Shown here piece after piece: positions 30,112 to 40,090 of a stretch of 64,000 nt of DNA. Position 1 is the first letter of the stretch, and every line of letters begins with the position of its first letter. The position numbers and the translations under genes are program-made. The notes beneath the pieces were generated by a model, which was not told where the DNA came from, ran no database searches, and saw only the letters and a program-made list of their open reading frames with translations. This DNA is from Bdellovibrionota bacterium (lineage in GTDB: Bacteria > Bdellovibrionota_G > JALEGL01 > DATDPG01), in assembly GCA_963668355.1 (NCBI GenBank), contig OY764265.1, forward strand, positions 1,248,001 to 1,312,000, written 5' to 3'.

Positions 30112-30448
30112 AGAAACGCAAAAACCACTTGATCTGGTCCTCATTGATGATGATGAGCTTGTTCGCATGACTTGGGAAATGGTTGCCAAAACGAAAGGTC
30201 ATCAACTTCGAGTTTTTGACAACTTTGAAGGTTTTCGCGCGGCTAATATTGGAAAGGGAGTCCCCGTATACGTGGACTATGAGCTAGGCAATCAAATAAA
30301 AGGAACCGATGTGGCGAAAGAGATGATCGAGAATGGATTTGAAAAAGTTTATCTGACAACCGGATATCCAGAAAGCGCGATTGAAAAACCGGAAGGCTTG
30401 TTTGGTGTAATAAAAAAGGATTATCCCCAAAATCCAGGCCGTTCGTAA
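30104..30448 (+). CDS. Single-domain response regulator (copy 2)
   Basis: LIDDDELVRMTW, YVDYEL; paralogue of 27750. Confidence 0.85.
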   Translation: MHKETQKPLDLVLIDDDELVRMTWEMVAKTKGHQLRVFDNFEGFRAANIGKGVPVYVDYELGNQIKGTDVAKEMIENGFEKVYLTTGYPESAIEKPEGLFGVIKKDYPQNPGRS

Positions 30449-30450
30449 AA

Positions 30451-31725
30451 ATGGAAAAATCAAAGCAAAGGATATGCGTAATTGTGGATGGCTACTCCGC
30501 AGGCGCTTACCTCGCGCCCGCCTTTCGAAAAGAAGGATGGACGCCAATTCATGTTCAGAGTCAGCCGGAGTTTCGATCCTTTTTTAAGAAGAAAGGTTTT
30601 AGGCCAAGCGACTATGATGAGAATCTGATCTGTGATCGTGATTATGAAAAGCTCAAAGAAGTTCTTAAGAAGCTTTCACCTGAATTTATTCTTCCTGGCG
30701 GCGAATTGGGTGTCAGCCTTTCTGATCGGTTGCGGGAGGATCTGAATCTTTTTCCTAATAATCCCAGACGTGCCAAAGCGCGCTATGACAAATATGAAAT
30801 GATTGAGGCTGTTCGTCGGGAAGGTGTTCCGGTCATGGCTCAGTTTAAAACAGACTGTCTGAATAAAATCTATACTTGGCTTGAGTCTAGCGGCCTCTCT
30901 GAGGTTGTCATTAAACCCTTGAAAAGTTCTTGTACGGACAATGTTTTTATCTGTGAGAACAAAGAAGAAATTAAATACGCTTTCCAGGCTATCAAAAGCC
31001 GACCGAATATCTTTGATGAAACCAACCACGAAGTGTTGGTACAAGAAGTGGTGGTCGGTATGGAATACATTGTCAACACCGTTAGTTATGATGGACGGCA
31101 TCGAACCTGTGGGGTGTGGGAGGTCGGAAAGAAAAGGGTCTTTCAGGGAGGAAGGGTTTACGACTATGTGACAGTCGCAAATCCTGAGAATCATTTATGT
31201 GAGTCAATTGCTGGCTATTGCAGAGACGTGCTTGGCGCTCTAGGTCTTGACTATGGTCCGGCACATATTGAAGTCATGCAAACGTCTGACGGTCCTCGCC
31301 TCATTGAGATTGGGGCTCGTATGGATGGTTCGAACGTTTTTGTGAATGAAAAACCTTTGCGGTGTTTGGAAACCAACCAGTTGGAAATGACGGTCGAGGC
31401 GTTTCTTCGTCCCCAAGAATTTCTCGGTAGGGTGGAGCAACCCAATCCAGTTGTACAGTATGCTATGGAAGTTTCTCTCATCGTCCCCCACTCAGGACTT
31501 AGATTAAATTCAGATATCCTTTCCGAGTTGGAAGCGCTTCCCTCCTTTTGGGAAATTAAGCTTAACGCGACCCCTGAGGAGAAGCTCTCGAGAACGGTCG
31601 ACATGATGACTTCTCCGGGTATCGTGTGGCTAGCCGCTTCTTCAAGAGAGAAACTTTTTAAAGACCTTGAAAAAATCCGGAATTTAGAAAATAGAGGACT
31701 TTACGTCTCTTTTGGAAGTGATTGA
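30451..31725 (+). CDS. ATP-grasp ligase (L-amino-acid ligase-like)
   Basis: DKYEM, VIKP, EYIVNTVS, GPAHIEV, LIEIGARMDG. Confidence 0.88.
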   Translation: MEKSKQRICVIVDGYSAGAYLAPAFRKEGWTPIHVQSQPEFRSFFKKKGFRPSDYDENLICDRDYEKLKEVLKKLSPEFILPGGELGVSLSDRLREDLNLFPNNPRRAKARYDKYEMIEAVRREGVPVMAQFKTDCLNKIYTWLESSGLSEVVIKPLKSSCTDNVFICENKEEIKYAFQAIKSRPNIFDETNHEVLVQEVVVGMEYIVNTVSYDGRHRTCGVWEVGKKRVFQGGRVYDYVTVANPENHLCESIAGYCRDVLGALGLDYGPAHIEVMQTSDGPRLIEIGARMDGSNVFVNEKPLRCLETNQLEMTVEAFLRPQEFLGRVEQPNPVVQYAMEVSLIVPHSGLRLNSDILSELEALPSFWEIKLNATPEEKLSRTVDMMTSPGIVWLAASSREKLFKDLEKIRNLENRGLYVSFGSD

Positions 31726-32939
31726 TTCACTTTTGGAGTCGAAGCATACCATTTCATGATCATCGCATACGACAGTATGGGTACGACAAAGAATAGACCA
31801 AAAAACACTTCTAGGTGTTTAATGTAAAAGCCGGTGAGAAAGCTGGAAGCGGTAACCCCGACAAAGATGCAGAACTCGAAGTAGCCTGAGACTCTGCCGA
31901 AAACCTTGTTGTCAAACACTTCGGAGGCTTCTGTGAAAATGACGGCGAAGATCGATTCACCCATAAGACAGAGACTCGCATATATGGGTAGGGCGTAGAG
32001 CCAGCCATTTTCAATTTTAAAAAGGAAGTAGAGAGCCACCATCAGTACGTGAGCAAAGAGGAAAAACCTGGTCTTCATTCTGAATGTCTTGTGCTTAAAT
32101 AGAGCAAAAACAAAAGGCATGAAGAAAAACACACCCTTTGAAGCTGCTTCTAGCAGGCTGAATTTTCCCACATAGTTTGTGTACCCTTCGTACTTCATCA
32201 TTAGAGGCACAACAGCTGTTAGTGAGGTCTCGTAAATCAAACCGATGAGAATGATGGGTACGAAAAAGAAAACGTTGCTCTGAAAAGCCTTGAGAAAGCT
32301 CAGTTTTTCAGGCTTGCTATCTGGTGCATTGTCCGAGGTCTCTTCAAGGGAATTTTGTGGGAGCTTTCCTTTGAGGATGACTCCTAGAAAAAGACTGGCG
32401 ATGATCGTCACGCTTCCGTCTACGAGCATGATCCAGCGGCCCAGTTTTTCGAAAAGAAGGTAAGCAAACCCTGTTGAAAGAAGATAGCCAACATGTCGAA
32501 ACGTGGAGAAGAGCACCAACATCGCTTCTTTTTTCTGCTTTTCCGTAACTAAGAGTTTGATGCATTTGTAAATGCTTAAGTTTCCGACAAAGATATTGAT
32601 CGAGAGGAGGAATACAGCGCAGCAAAGGAGAAGGAAATGCTGCTGAATATGCATGGAAAGAACAAGCAGCCCAGCAATTGAACGAGGTATAACCAACCAT
32701 GTGAGCAAGCTACGAGTTTTATCAATGAAGCCGCCAAGGAAAAGTGTGCAAAAACAGGTGCCAAGGGCAAAAGCCCCGAGAAGAATGCCGATTTTATCTG
32801 GTCCGAAATGTTGTAAGTCCGAAAAAACAAGGCTTTGATAAATCGTGAAGGCGTCTGTGCCGTTTATTACTATGATGTAGAGAGTCAGCAACCACCATTG
32901 GGTGGGGAGTCCTCTATAATTGTCGAGAAAACTCTTCAT
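31701..32939 (-). CDS. MFS transporter
   Basis: About 12 hydrophobic helices; GGFIDK loop; GRVSG. Confidence 0.8.
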   Translation of the reverse strand: MKSFLDNYRGLPTQWWLLTLYIIVINGTDAFTIYQSLVFSDLQHFGPDKIGILLGAFALGTCFCTLFLGGFIDKTRSLLTWLVIPRSIAGLLVLSMHIQQHFLLLCCAVFLLSINIFVGNLSIYKCIKLLVTEKQKKEAMLVLFSTFRHVGYLLSTGFAYLLFEKLGRWIMLVDGSVTIIASLFLGVILKGKLPQNSLEETSDNAPDSKPEKLSFLKAFQSNVFFFVPIILIGLIYETSLTAVVPLMMKYEGYTNYVGKFSLLEAASKGVFFFMPFVFALFKHKTFRMKTRFFLFAHVLMVALYFLFKIENGWLYALPIYASLCLMGESIFAVIFTEASEVFDNKVFGRVSGYFEFCIFVGVTASSFLTGFYIKHLEVFFGLFFVVPILSYAMIMKWYASTPKVNQSLPKET

Positions 32940-34257
32940 TGTTTTTCTCCCCAATTCGAAGCAGGCTGTCAAGTTCGCCGTCGCAGTAGATACGAAGCTG
33001 TTCTCTGACTTTGTCTATGGCATTTTGTAACCCATGCGCAGACTCGCTCTTTAGTAGTACTCCATACTGGGTGGAGTCTAGGTCAATGGTTTGATCGATG
33101 GTGTCTCCGACCTGAGGGAGTGTTATGACGCGCATGAACTCCGGCATTGTTTGAACTTTATGTAAGCCCTCAATCTTTGAGACAGATCCACCCTTCAAAG
33201 CCACTCCGTCGACTCCTCCCCCAACTCGTGTGCAGTTCTTGGGGAGAATGACAAGAGGTTCGGGGATCTCTAGCTCTCCCAGATAGCCCTTGGCGACGAA
33301 CTCAAACTGATTGTTGTCATTAATATGATTGCCAACGTAAATCATTCCACTTCCCGCCAATCGGCAAGCTACTTCAATAAGGCAAGGGCCTTGGGAGTCG
33401 ACGATGACTTCTAAATGAAAGGGAGAGTTGCGAAGCTCGCAACTTTTTAAGGTGTCAAACGTATAGTTTGCCAACCGTTCAAATTCGGGTTCATTTGGAT
33501 CAAGATTTGTGAATTGAACATGGACAATGTTCTTTTGGTTTCTTAGACATTTTCCGTATTGAAAAATCTCAGAAATCAGAACGTTGCCGTTCCTGTCGGT
33601 TTGACCATTGACACAAAATTCTTCGCCAGAGATGTATTCCTCAACTAGAACATAATCATTCCTCAAATTGTCAAACTCATTATAATCACCAAGAATTTTG
33701 CTTGTGAAACGCTCGACATCGTCTTTGTTGAAGGCTGGAAAAACATTCCATGATCCTCCGGCGTGCATGGGCTTTAAAATAATGGGCCATTGGTTTAATT
33801 CGTGTTGAAAAGCAAGTGCCTCTTCTGGAGTTTGAACAAGGGAGTGTTGGTTTAAGCGAACGCTGCTCTTTTCCCTTAGATGTTTTTTCAAAACGTATTT
33901 GTTCTTAAAACGCTCGGCGACATCAGGGTAAAGCCAATCAAGAGATGCTTTTTTGGCCACCTTACTGCCAAACAAGATCGCACTGTCGTCCCAGGGTATG
34001 ATTGCTGATAGCTTTAGATTTCTTTCAGCCAGAGATTTAATCAAGAATTCTGCCTTTTCGTCATCTTCACCTTCAAAGCAGCAGATAATTTCGGAGAAGT
34101 ACCTTTCTAAATGTGAAAATTTCTTTTTGTAGGTCTTAAAACGCCATTCAAGTGAAAATACGGCGACGATGGGCTTTGTGGTTAATTCAGGAATTCTTTC
34201 GAGGATGCCTTCGGCATTGATATAGGCTGGATTCGTGATGGCAATGCAGTCTTTCAT
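32914..34257 (-). CDS. ATP-grasp ligase (L-amino-acid ligase-like)
   Basis: NKY, ILKP, VEEYISGEEFCVN, FHLEV, LIEVACRLAG. Confidence 0.88.
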   Translation of the reverse strand: MKDCIAITNPAYINAEGILERIPELTTKPIVAVFSLEWRFKTYKKKFSHLERYFSEIICCFEGEDDEKAEFLIKSLAERNLKLSAIIPWDDSAILFGSKVAKKASLDWLYPDVAERFKNKYVLKKHLREKSSVRLNQHSLVQTPEEALAFQHELNQWPIILKPMHAGGSWNVFPAFNKDDVERFTSKILGDYNEFDNLRNDYVLVEEYISGEEFCVNGQTDRNGNVLISEIFQYGKCLRNQKNIVHVQFTNLDPNEPEFERLANYTFDTLKSCELRNSPFHLEVIVDSQGPCLIEVACRLAGSGMIYVGNHINDNNQFEFVAKGYLGELEIPEPLVILPKNCTRVGGGVDGVALKGGSVSKIEGLHKVQTMPEFMRVITLPQVGDTIDQTIDLDSTQYGVLLKSESAHGLQNAIDKVREQLRIYCDGELDSLLRIGEKNNEEFSRQL

Positions 34258-34358
34258 GAGGGTTCCATTCGTTTTTTTGAATATCTGATTTCTATTCCCT
34301 TACGCTCAAAAATGCCATGATTTCAGGTGTATGAGTTCATGTTTTAGCCTCAAATTTT

Positions 34359-34373
34359 GCAAGGACTAAGCCA
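34359..34373 (-). promoter_or_regulatory. Sigma-54 -24/-12 promoter for the ATP-grasp/MFS operon
   Basis: TGGCTT-AGTCC-TTGC on the minus strand, ~100 bp upstream of ATG 34257. Confidence 0.55.
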
Positions 34374-34642
34374 GCTGCAGTTTCTAAGAATAGCTACCGA
34401 AAAGGCAGGTTTACATAATAACGGACCGGTTTTACTGGCTGCTTTATTGTCTACAAAGCGAGACAAAGTGTTCTGAAAACGGGGCATTATGTTGCGGATA
34501 TTTGTAGTGTTATACCGCTTTTTTGGAAGTAACCTATTGAAATCATGAGAAGGTGTTCTAACCGAGAGCTTGGCGTGAAACTTGGGTAAAAAGACCCACT
34601 TACGTGGAAAGCGAAATGCATTGAAGGGGAGAGGGAATTGAA

Positions 34643-36181
34643 ATGAAAACAGGCCTCCAAAGATTTTTTGGCCCTTTGTTGGCTGTGATCGGTCTTGCAT
34701 TGATTTTGTACTCGGTAACGACGATTCGAGACACTTCCGAACCTCCAATCGTAGATGTGAAGGACTACGATCTTAACTATATTGTGAATGTTGGAGCTCT
34801 TGAACTTCCCACCACCTATGATCCAAATGACACCCTTCAGAGCACGCTCCAGAGGATTATGGTTTTACTTTATGATGGCTTGTTTGTGGTCAAAGGAGCT
34901 GCAGCCCAGCTAAGTCCTCATCTCGTCTCAAAATGGTCGTATGATGCGGAGAAAAAGCTGTATTCGTTCGAGCTTCGTTCGGATGTCAAATTCTGGGATG
35001 GGACGCCTCTTCTAGCCGAAGACGTGAAAAGCAACTTTGAGACCTGGGTAGGAGAAAAGGGTTTTGACTCTAATATGCTCTATGCAATCAAAGGAGCTCC
35101 TGAATTTCATCGAGGAGAAATAGATAGCTTAGATGCGGTTCAGGTCATCGGTTCTCATAAGCTTCAAATTCAGTTGAGTCGTCACGACTATACGTTTCTC
35201 CGCTCTTTGTCCAACCATCGGTTTTTGGTTGTCAAGAAACTGGGGGGTGAAATCATCGGCACGGGTCCCTTCATTCCTGCAGAAAAAGAAAAGGATAAAG
35301 TCTATTTCCGAAAAAACTCAGCCTACTTCCAAGGAGCTGCGAAAGTCATGGGGATTCGTTTTGAAAAAATGACCCCCTCCGAATTAAGGTCAGCTATCGA
35401 AAAAGGGGCTATCGATTTGACTTGGCAGCCGATGATCAAAGAAGGATTGGTTACGTCGGATTATCATGCGGTTCAAGAGCTTGCTACGTCTGTCGAGATA
35501 CTTTATCTAAACACCACATTTCCTCACTTTAATACTCTTCAAAAGCGCCGAGCTGTGTTTCAAGCAATCGATCTAATGGCCATAGAAAAAAAATGTAACC
35601 GAGGGGAAAGGGCAAAGGGTCTGATTCCTCCCGGTACGTTGGGGCACAGTCGAAAGATAGATCCTTTGACAGCTTCGCCGTCACCGTCTTCGATAAGGTG
35701 GCCTGAATTCGTTCAAACCATCTATTTGGAGGAGTCGGCTTCAGATGTGCGTTGCGTTGCGACCGAAATGAACCACGGCTTTATGAAGGAAGAGATACCT
35801 ATTCGGACGAAACTTGCTCCTTTTTCCAAAATGGAAACGCTTTGGCGTGCAGGGAAACTGGCCGCTGGGATAGAGCGCCTTGGTTTCCGACCGGGTAGAG
35901 AGATCAAACTTTTCTATTTTTTCTCCCAGGGGAACAGGGAATGTTTAGTTGGGAAGACGTCAAAGGAATTCGAGGCTCTCATACAGCGGGGAAGAGAAGC
36001 CATGTCGATGGCGGATCAAGTTGAGGTCTTGAGGGAGTTAGATGCGAAGACGATAGAGAATGGTTACGCCTTTCCTCTCTTTTATCCGGACGAGTACTAT
36101 TATGTGCGCAAACAACTCTATTCTGGGGAAATGCTCTTTGGCTGGACGCCAGACTGGAGTAAATTCGGGATGCTGAAGTGA
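34643..36181 (+). CDS. Family 5 (peptide/nickel) solute-binding protein
   Basis: YDP, LYDGL, FELRSDVKFWDG, GTGPF; no permease genes adjacent. Confidence 0.88.
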   Translation: MKTGLQRFFGPLLAVIGLALILYSVTTIRDTSEPPIVDVKDYDLNYIVNVGALELPTTYDPNDTLQSTLQRIMVLLYDGLFVVKGAAAQLSPHLVSKWSYDAEKKLYSFELRSDVKFWDGTPLLAEDVKSNFETWVGEKGFDSNMLYAIKGAPEFHRGEIDSLDAVQVIGSHKLQIQLSRHDYTFLRSLSNHRFLVVKKLGGEIIGTGPFIPAEKEKDKVYFRKNSAYFQGAAKVMGIRFEKMTPSELRSAIEKGAIDLTWQPMIKEGLVTSDYHAVQELATSVEILYLNTTFPHFNTLQKRRAVFQAIDLMAIEKKCNRGERAKGLIPPGTLGHSRKIDPLTASPSPSSIRWPEFVQTIYLEESASDVRCVATEMNHGFMKEEIPIRTKLAPFSKMETLWRAGKLAAGIERLGFRPGREIKLFYFFSQGNRECLVGKTSKEFEALIQRGREAMSMADQVEVLRELDAKTIENGYAFPLFYPDEYYYVRKQLYSGEMLFGWTPDWSKFGMLK

Positions 36182-38082
36182 AAAATAAAAGGCTACCGAC
36201 ATTTTCCGAACGTTTTTTGAAACACTTCATTATTCTTGCTTGCTTGGGTTGGGCTTTGTTGTTCTACGTCAATGTGCACCACGCACATTCCGTTGTTCGC
36301 CACACGTATGAAGAACTGCCCCAGTCGCGATTGCGAATTCTTGCTTCTTCTCTTGTGGAAGCTCTAAATTCCATGAACTATCCGATCATTCGCCATCAAT
36401 GTAATCACGCGATTTCTACGAAAGAATTTGAAAGTGTCCGAATTTTCGATTCGGCGGGTGTGCCTTTGGCGAATTGCAAAATGCCTGGTGTCAAATCTCT
36501 AAGCGGTACAGATCGAGCGATTCTAAATTTTTTAGCCATACCAAAAAAGCACACACAAGATGTCCTTGATGAAAATGGAATTCGCTGGGGACGAATTGAC
36601 GTCAAAATAAATCAGGCACAAGCCGCCGAAATCGTTCAGCGCACAGTTGTTCGCCCCGCGATTATGGTGGCAGGATTTCTCTTTCTCATTATGGGCGTTT
36701 CTCTTCATCTTGTATTTCAGCAAGGCCATTATCTTGAAAAATTGGCTGAGGCTGTTCGTCTGCGTACAAAGTACATTGAAAAAGATCAAGCGGAACCGAT
36801 CAGCTTATTTGAATCTCGATTTTCACGTGAAACCCAACAAATCGATCAAAGCATCACCGAGTTACTCACGCGCATTTTGCATCTTCGTCAAGAACTTCGT
36901 TTTAAGGCAAAGCTTGCGGGTATTGGTCAAACCGTCACCATGTTTGCGCACGATGCGAGAAAGCCCCTTTCGGCGATTGAAAGCTTCTTAAATAATTTTG
37001 ATTCCACAAGAGATGATCCCAAATTTGTTCAATCCTTCTTAAAGCTTGTTCGTCAAGCCAAAGTGGATCTTGATCGCATGATGGAAGATATGTTGGAGTT
37101 TGGTCATAATCGACCCCTTGTGAAGGAAGATTGGGAGCTTTTGGACTTAGTCGAACTCGCGATGGTTGAAACAGCAGATTTGAAGCACGGAAGCACAATC
37201 CTCTTTGAATATGATTTCCAACATTCGCGAAGGCTTCATATTGATAAGACAGAGGTCAAGCGAGTAATTGGCAATATCTTAAGCAACGCATTTGATGCGG
37301 TAGACGATGGTGGGAAAATTTGGTTCCGGACTAAAGATGTCGACTGCGGTGATTGGATGGAGATTGAAATTGGAAACACAGGCTCTTTTTTAAGTCCGGA
37401 AGATCGTTTAAAGGTGTTTGAACCTTTCTTTACGAGCGGAAAGAAGACGGGGACAGGCCTTGGTTTAGCCATCGCTTACAAAGTTGTAACTGCGCACGGC
37501 GGCGAAATTTCTGTAGAAAGTGAAAAGATGAAAGGAACATGGTTTCGGTTTGTCTTACCTACGGATGGGGAGAGGGAAAAACCGTATAGAAATACGATCT
37601 ACGCAAGCCTAGAAGAGGTTCGTCAAGCACAAATTTGCAAGTTGGAAGAGGGGGAGGTCAAAGAACTCGTCCAGGAGGTCTGTGTGATAGATGTTCCTTT
37701 GAGTCTTCTTATTGTGGATGACGAAGCGCTTTTCCGTCGATCATTGCGAACCATGGTCAGTAAAATCCCAGACCTTAGAGGCCATGTGTCCATTGTTGAA
37801 GCTTCGAGTGGTGAAGAGGCTTTAAAGCTTTTTGAAAAGGCTCGGTTTGATTGTGCCATTGTGGATGTAAATATGGGAGAGGGGAAAATGAACGGTTTCG
37901 ATTTAACTCGGGAAATTGTGAAGCGGTTTCCTCAAAAAAGGGTGCTCATCCATTCGAATTTGAGCGCTAAAGATAACGAGGCCAAAGCACGAGAGGCTGG
38001 AGCACAGGGTTTTATTCCAAAGCCTATGGATCAAGAACAGCTATTGCGTTTTTTGGCGGTTACGGCGAGGAAAGTATCATGA
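36178..38082 (+). CDS. Membrane hybrid histidine kinase (HisKA-HATPase-REC)
   Basis: Two TM helices; FAHDARKP, NAFDA, GTGLGLAI; REC VDDE/VDVNM/PKP. Confidence 0.92.
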   Translation: MKNKRLPTFSERFLKHFIILACLGWALLFYVNVHHAHSVVRHTYEELPQSRLRILASSLVEALNSMNYPIIRHQCNHAISTKEFESVRIFDSAGVPLANCKMPGVKSLSGTDRAILNFLAIPKKHTQDVLDENGIRWGRIDVKINQAQAAEIVQRTVVRPAIMVAGFLFLIMGVSLHLVFQQGHYLEKLAEAVRLRTKYIEKDQAEPISLFESRFSRETQQIDQSITELLTRILHLRQELRFKAKLAGIGQTVTMFAHDARKPLSAIESFLNNFDSTRDDPKFVQSFLKLVRQAKVDLDRMMEDMLEFGHNRPLVKEDWELLDLVELAMVETADLKHGSTILFEYDFQHSRRLHIDKTEVKRVIGNILSNAFDAVDDGGKIWFRTKDVDCGDWMEIEIGNTGSFLSPEDRLKVFEPFFTSGKKTGTGLGLAIAYKVVTAHGGEISVESEKMKGTWFRFVLPTDGEREKPYRNTIYASLEEVRQAQICKLEEGEVKELVQEVCVIDVPLSLLIVDDEALFRRSLRTMVSKIPDLRGHVSIVEASSGEEALKLFEKARFDCAIVDVNMGEGKMNGFDLTREIVKRFPQKRVLIHSNLSAKDNEAKAREAGAQGFIPKPMDQEQLLRFLAVTARKVS

Positions 38083-38732
38083 AGAAACTTTTAAAGTTTC
38101 AAGTCAGAAATGCGAACGAAAACGATCTTGAGGGCGTAATGCGTGCAGAGCAACATTGGCCTAGGGAGCAACGTGGCTCGATTGAAAAATTCCAATCGCG
38201 TCTGAACCGTTTCCCTCAAGGATTTTTTGTGACTGAGGCGGCTGGAGAGATTGTCGCGGTTTCAACGAGTACCTTGGTGAACTACTGTCCGGATGACCTT
38301 TCCAAATTTCAATCGTGGGAAATTTGCACCAATGATGGTTTTCTTTTTCCCATACAGGATATTCGTGATTACAACGCGTTGTTCATCGTATCCGAAGGAA
38401 TTGTCAAGTCGTTTCGGAGAAAAGGCATTCGGGAGGCCATGAGCCGAGCTCAAATTGGGTTAGCGAATCGATTGGGAATGGAATACACGATCATTGGAGC
38501 CATGCTTCCTGGTTATGATGCGTTTTGTCGCAAACATGGTGAAACCGAGGTGTCGAAATATGCAGTTTTAAAAAAGAACGGTCGTTTCATTGATCCGACG
38601 CTACGAAAACTCCATACACTTGGGTTTGAGTTGCCCGATGCCTCTCATCTCATCAAAGACTATTACCCAAGTCCAGAAAGTCGAAACTATGGCCCTTTGC
38701 TGGTACATCGCGTCCAGGGCGATAAGCGTTAG
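38079..38732 (+). CDS. GNAT-fold protein
   Basis: FQSRLNRFPQGFFV, FRRKGI, DPTLR, ESRNYG. Confidence 0.75.
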   Translation: MKKLLKFQVRNANENDLEGVMRAEQHWPREQRGSIEKFQSRLNRFPQGFFVTEAAGEIVAVSTSTLVNYCPDDLSKFQSWEICTNDGFLFPIQDIRDYNALFIVSEGIVKSFRRKGIREAMSRAQIGLANRLGMEYTIIGAMLPGYDAFCRKHGETEVSKYAVLKKNGRFIDPTLRKLHTLGFELPDASHLIKDYYPSPESRNYGPLLVHRVQGDKR

Positions 38733-38784
38733 TAGAATTTTGGCCTTCTAACTCTTTGCGCAATTTGTGTTAACCTTTCGAAAA

Positions 38785-38955
38785 ATGGCAAAAGCAAAAA
38801 AACGCCTCCCCCTACCTCAAACAAATATTTCTGCGCAGGAAATTCGACGAATATCCCAACAAAAAATCCAATCAGCCCAAAATCGACTGCAAGAAATCGT
38901 TTCTTTTTCGAAACCTAGAACCTTTTCCAATACGGTCATTGCTTTAGAAGATGTC
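38785..38955 (+). pseudogene. 5' fragment of an M3 (thimet oligopeptidase-like) peptidase gene
   Basis: RTFSNTVIALED resembles the M3A N-terminus; the frame then loses similarity and stops at 39030. Confidence 0.4.
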
Positions 38956-38979
38956 AGGGCCTCAGTACTTCAAGATCTC

Positions 38980-39185
38980 GGGGCGTCTTTTTTCCAACAT
39001 TATCCAAAACGCCGTAGAGGCCACAGGTAAATTGGGAGAAATATGGTTTGATAGTAAGGATTTAACCTTTAAGGAAGAAGCATTTGTCCAAATCAAAATA
39101 GGAAATAAAGGACCTCAAGTTGAAGAAGATGATTTAGCTCGCCTTTTTGAGCCTTTTTTTACGCTTGGCAAAAAAATTGGAAAAG
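38980..39185 (+). pseudogene. HATPase_c fragment of a histidine kinase
   Basis: RLFSNIIQNAVEA...IWFDSKD...IGNKGP...LFEPFFTLGKK; no H-box, G2 box degenerate. Confidence 0.6.
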
Positions 39186-39340
39186 CGGGACTGCAAGCTG
39201 AGATGGAAACCCTATTCAGAAGCACTTCAGAGAAATCCATAGAATACTTGAATATCCATCTTCAAAACACTAGGCACAAGTCGAGCCGTTTTTGCATGGT
39301 TTTTTTGTGCGTTTTCTCCGCTCTAGGAATTTTTGTTCTG

Positions 39341-40090
39341 TCAGTTTTTATTTATAAGCGTGTCGCAAATCAAAGGAATTTGTCCCAGAATTTTGGGTGT
39401 TTTCGATTTGTCATAAGGTGAAATATCTCCCACATAAGCCTCACTAAACGGACCGCTCAGTGGACCCGTGGGTTCTGCAAAATAGTACGTATTCCCATCA
39501 TAAGAGTAGTTCTTTCCGCTGGGTTGGCGCGAAAACTCGGTTTCATTCACGGCCACGGCAATATGATTGGGAAAATCCAATAAAATTGAATCAATACACC
39601 AATGACTCATAATTGCAGCAAAGAGCATGGCGTGATCTTCACAATCACCTTTTTCATCCAAAACCATCTCATAGCCGTATCGAACATAGTCCTTTACACC
39701 CCGAACTTCCTCTAATCCATCTATGCTTGAGTCTCTTTCCCACGGAATTCCACGGACAAAATTGATCGCAAAGTTAACTAGGCTCAGCTTATCCCAAGAA
39801 GAGCGGCTCATAGCAACAAGTTCCTGGGCCACCCAAGCCATGGAATCTTCACACGGATCGGCCACGATATATCGATCATAAAATTCCCAAAGATGGGGAA
39901 GGTATTGGTATCGGGTTTTACAATAGCCGTAATCGCCGGCCTCAAAAGAAAGCTTATAGGACTCACCTTGATACTTCCATTTACGTGTAATTTTCTGCGC
40001 GTCTTCGAATGTTTCTTGAGCATGTCCGGAGGAAAATAGAAAAAGACAAACGATGCCCAATCCAATGGATAGGCGATTTATCCAAGTCAT
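39341..40090 (-). CDS. Secreted transglutaminase-like cysteine protease
   Basis: Signal peptide; GDCEDHA, NHIAVAV, YFAEPTG; ATG overlaps the upstream stop. Confidence 0.8.
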   Translation of the reverse strand: MTWINRLSIGLGIVCLFLFSSGHAQETFEDAQKITRKWKYQGESYKLSFEAGDYGYCKTRYQYLPHLWEFYDRYIVADPCEDSMAWVAQELVAMSRSSWDKLSLVNFAINFVRGIPWERDSSIDGLEEVRGVKDYVRYGYEMVLDEKGDCEDHAMLFAAIMSHWCIDSILLDFPNHIAVAVNETEFSRQPSGKNYSYDGNTYYFAEPTGPLSGPFSEAYVGDISPYDKSKTPKILGQIPLICDTLINKN

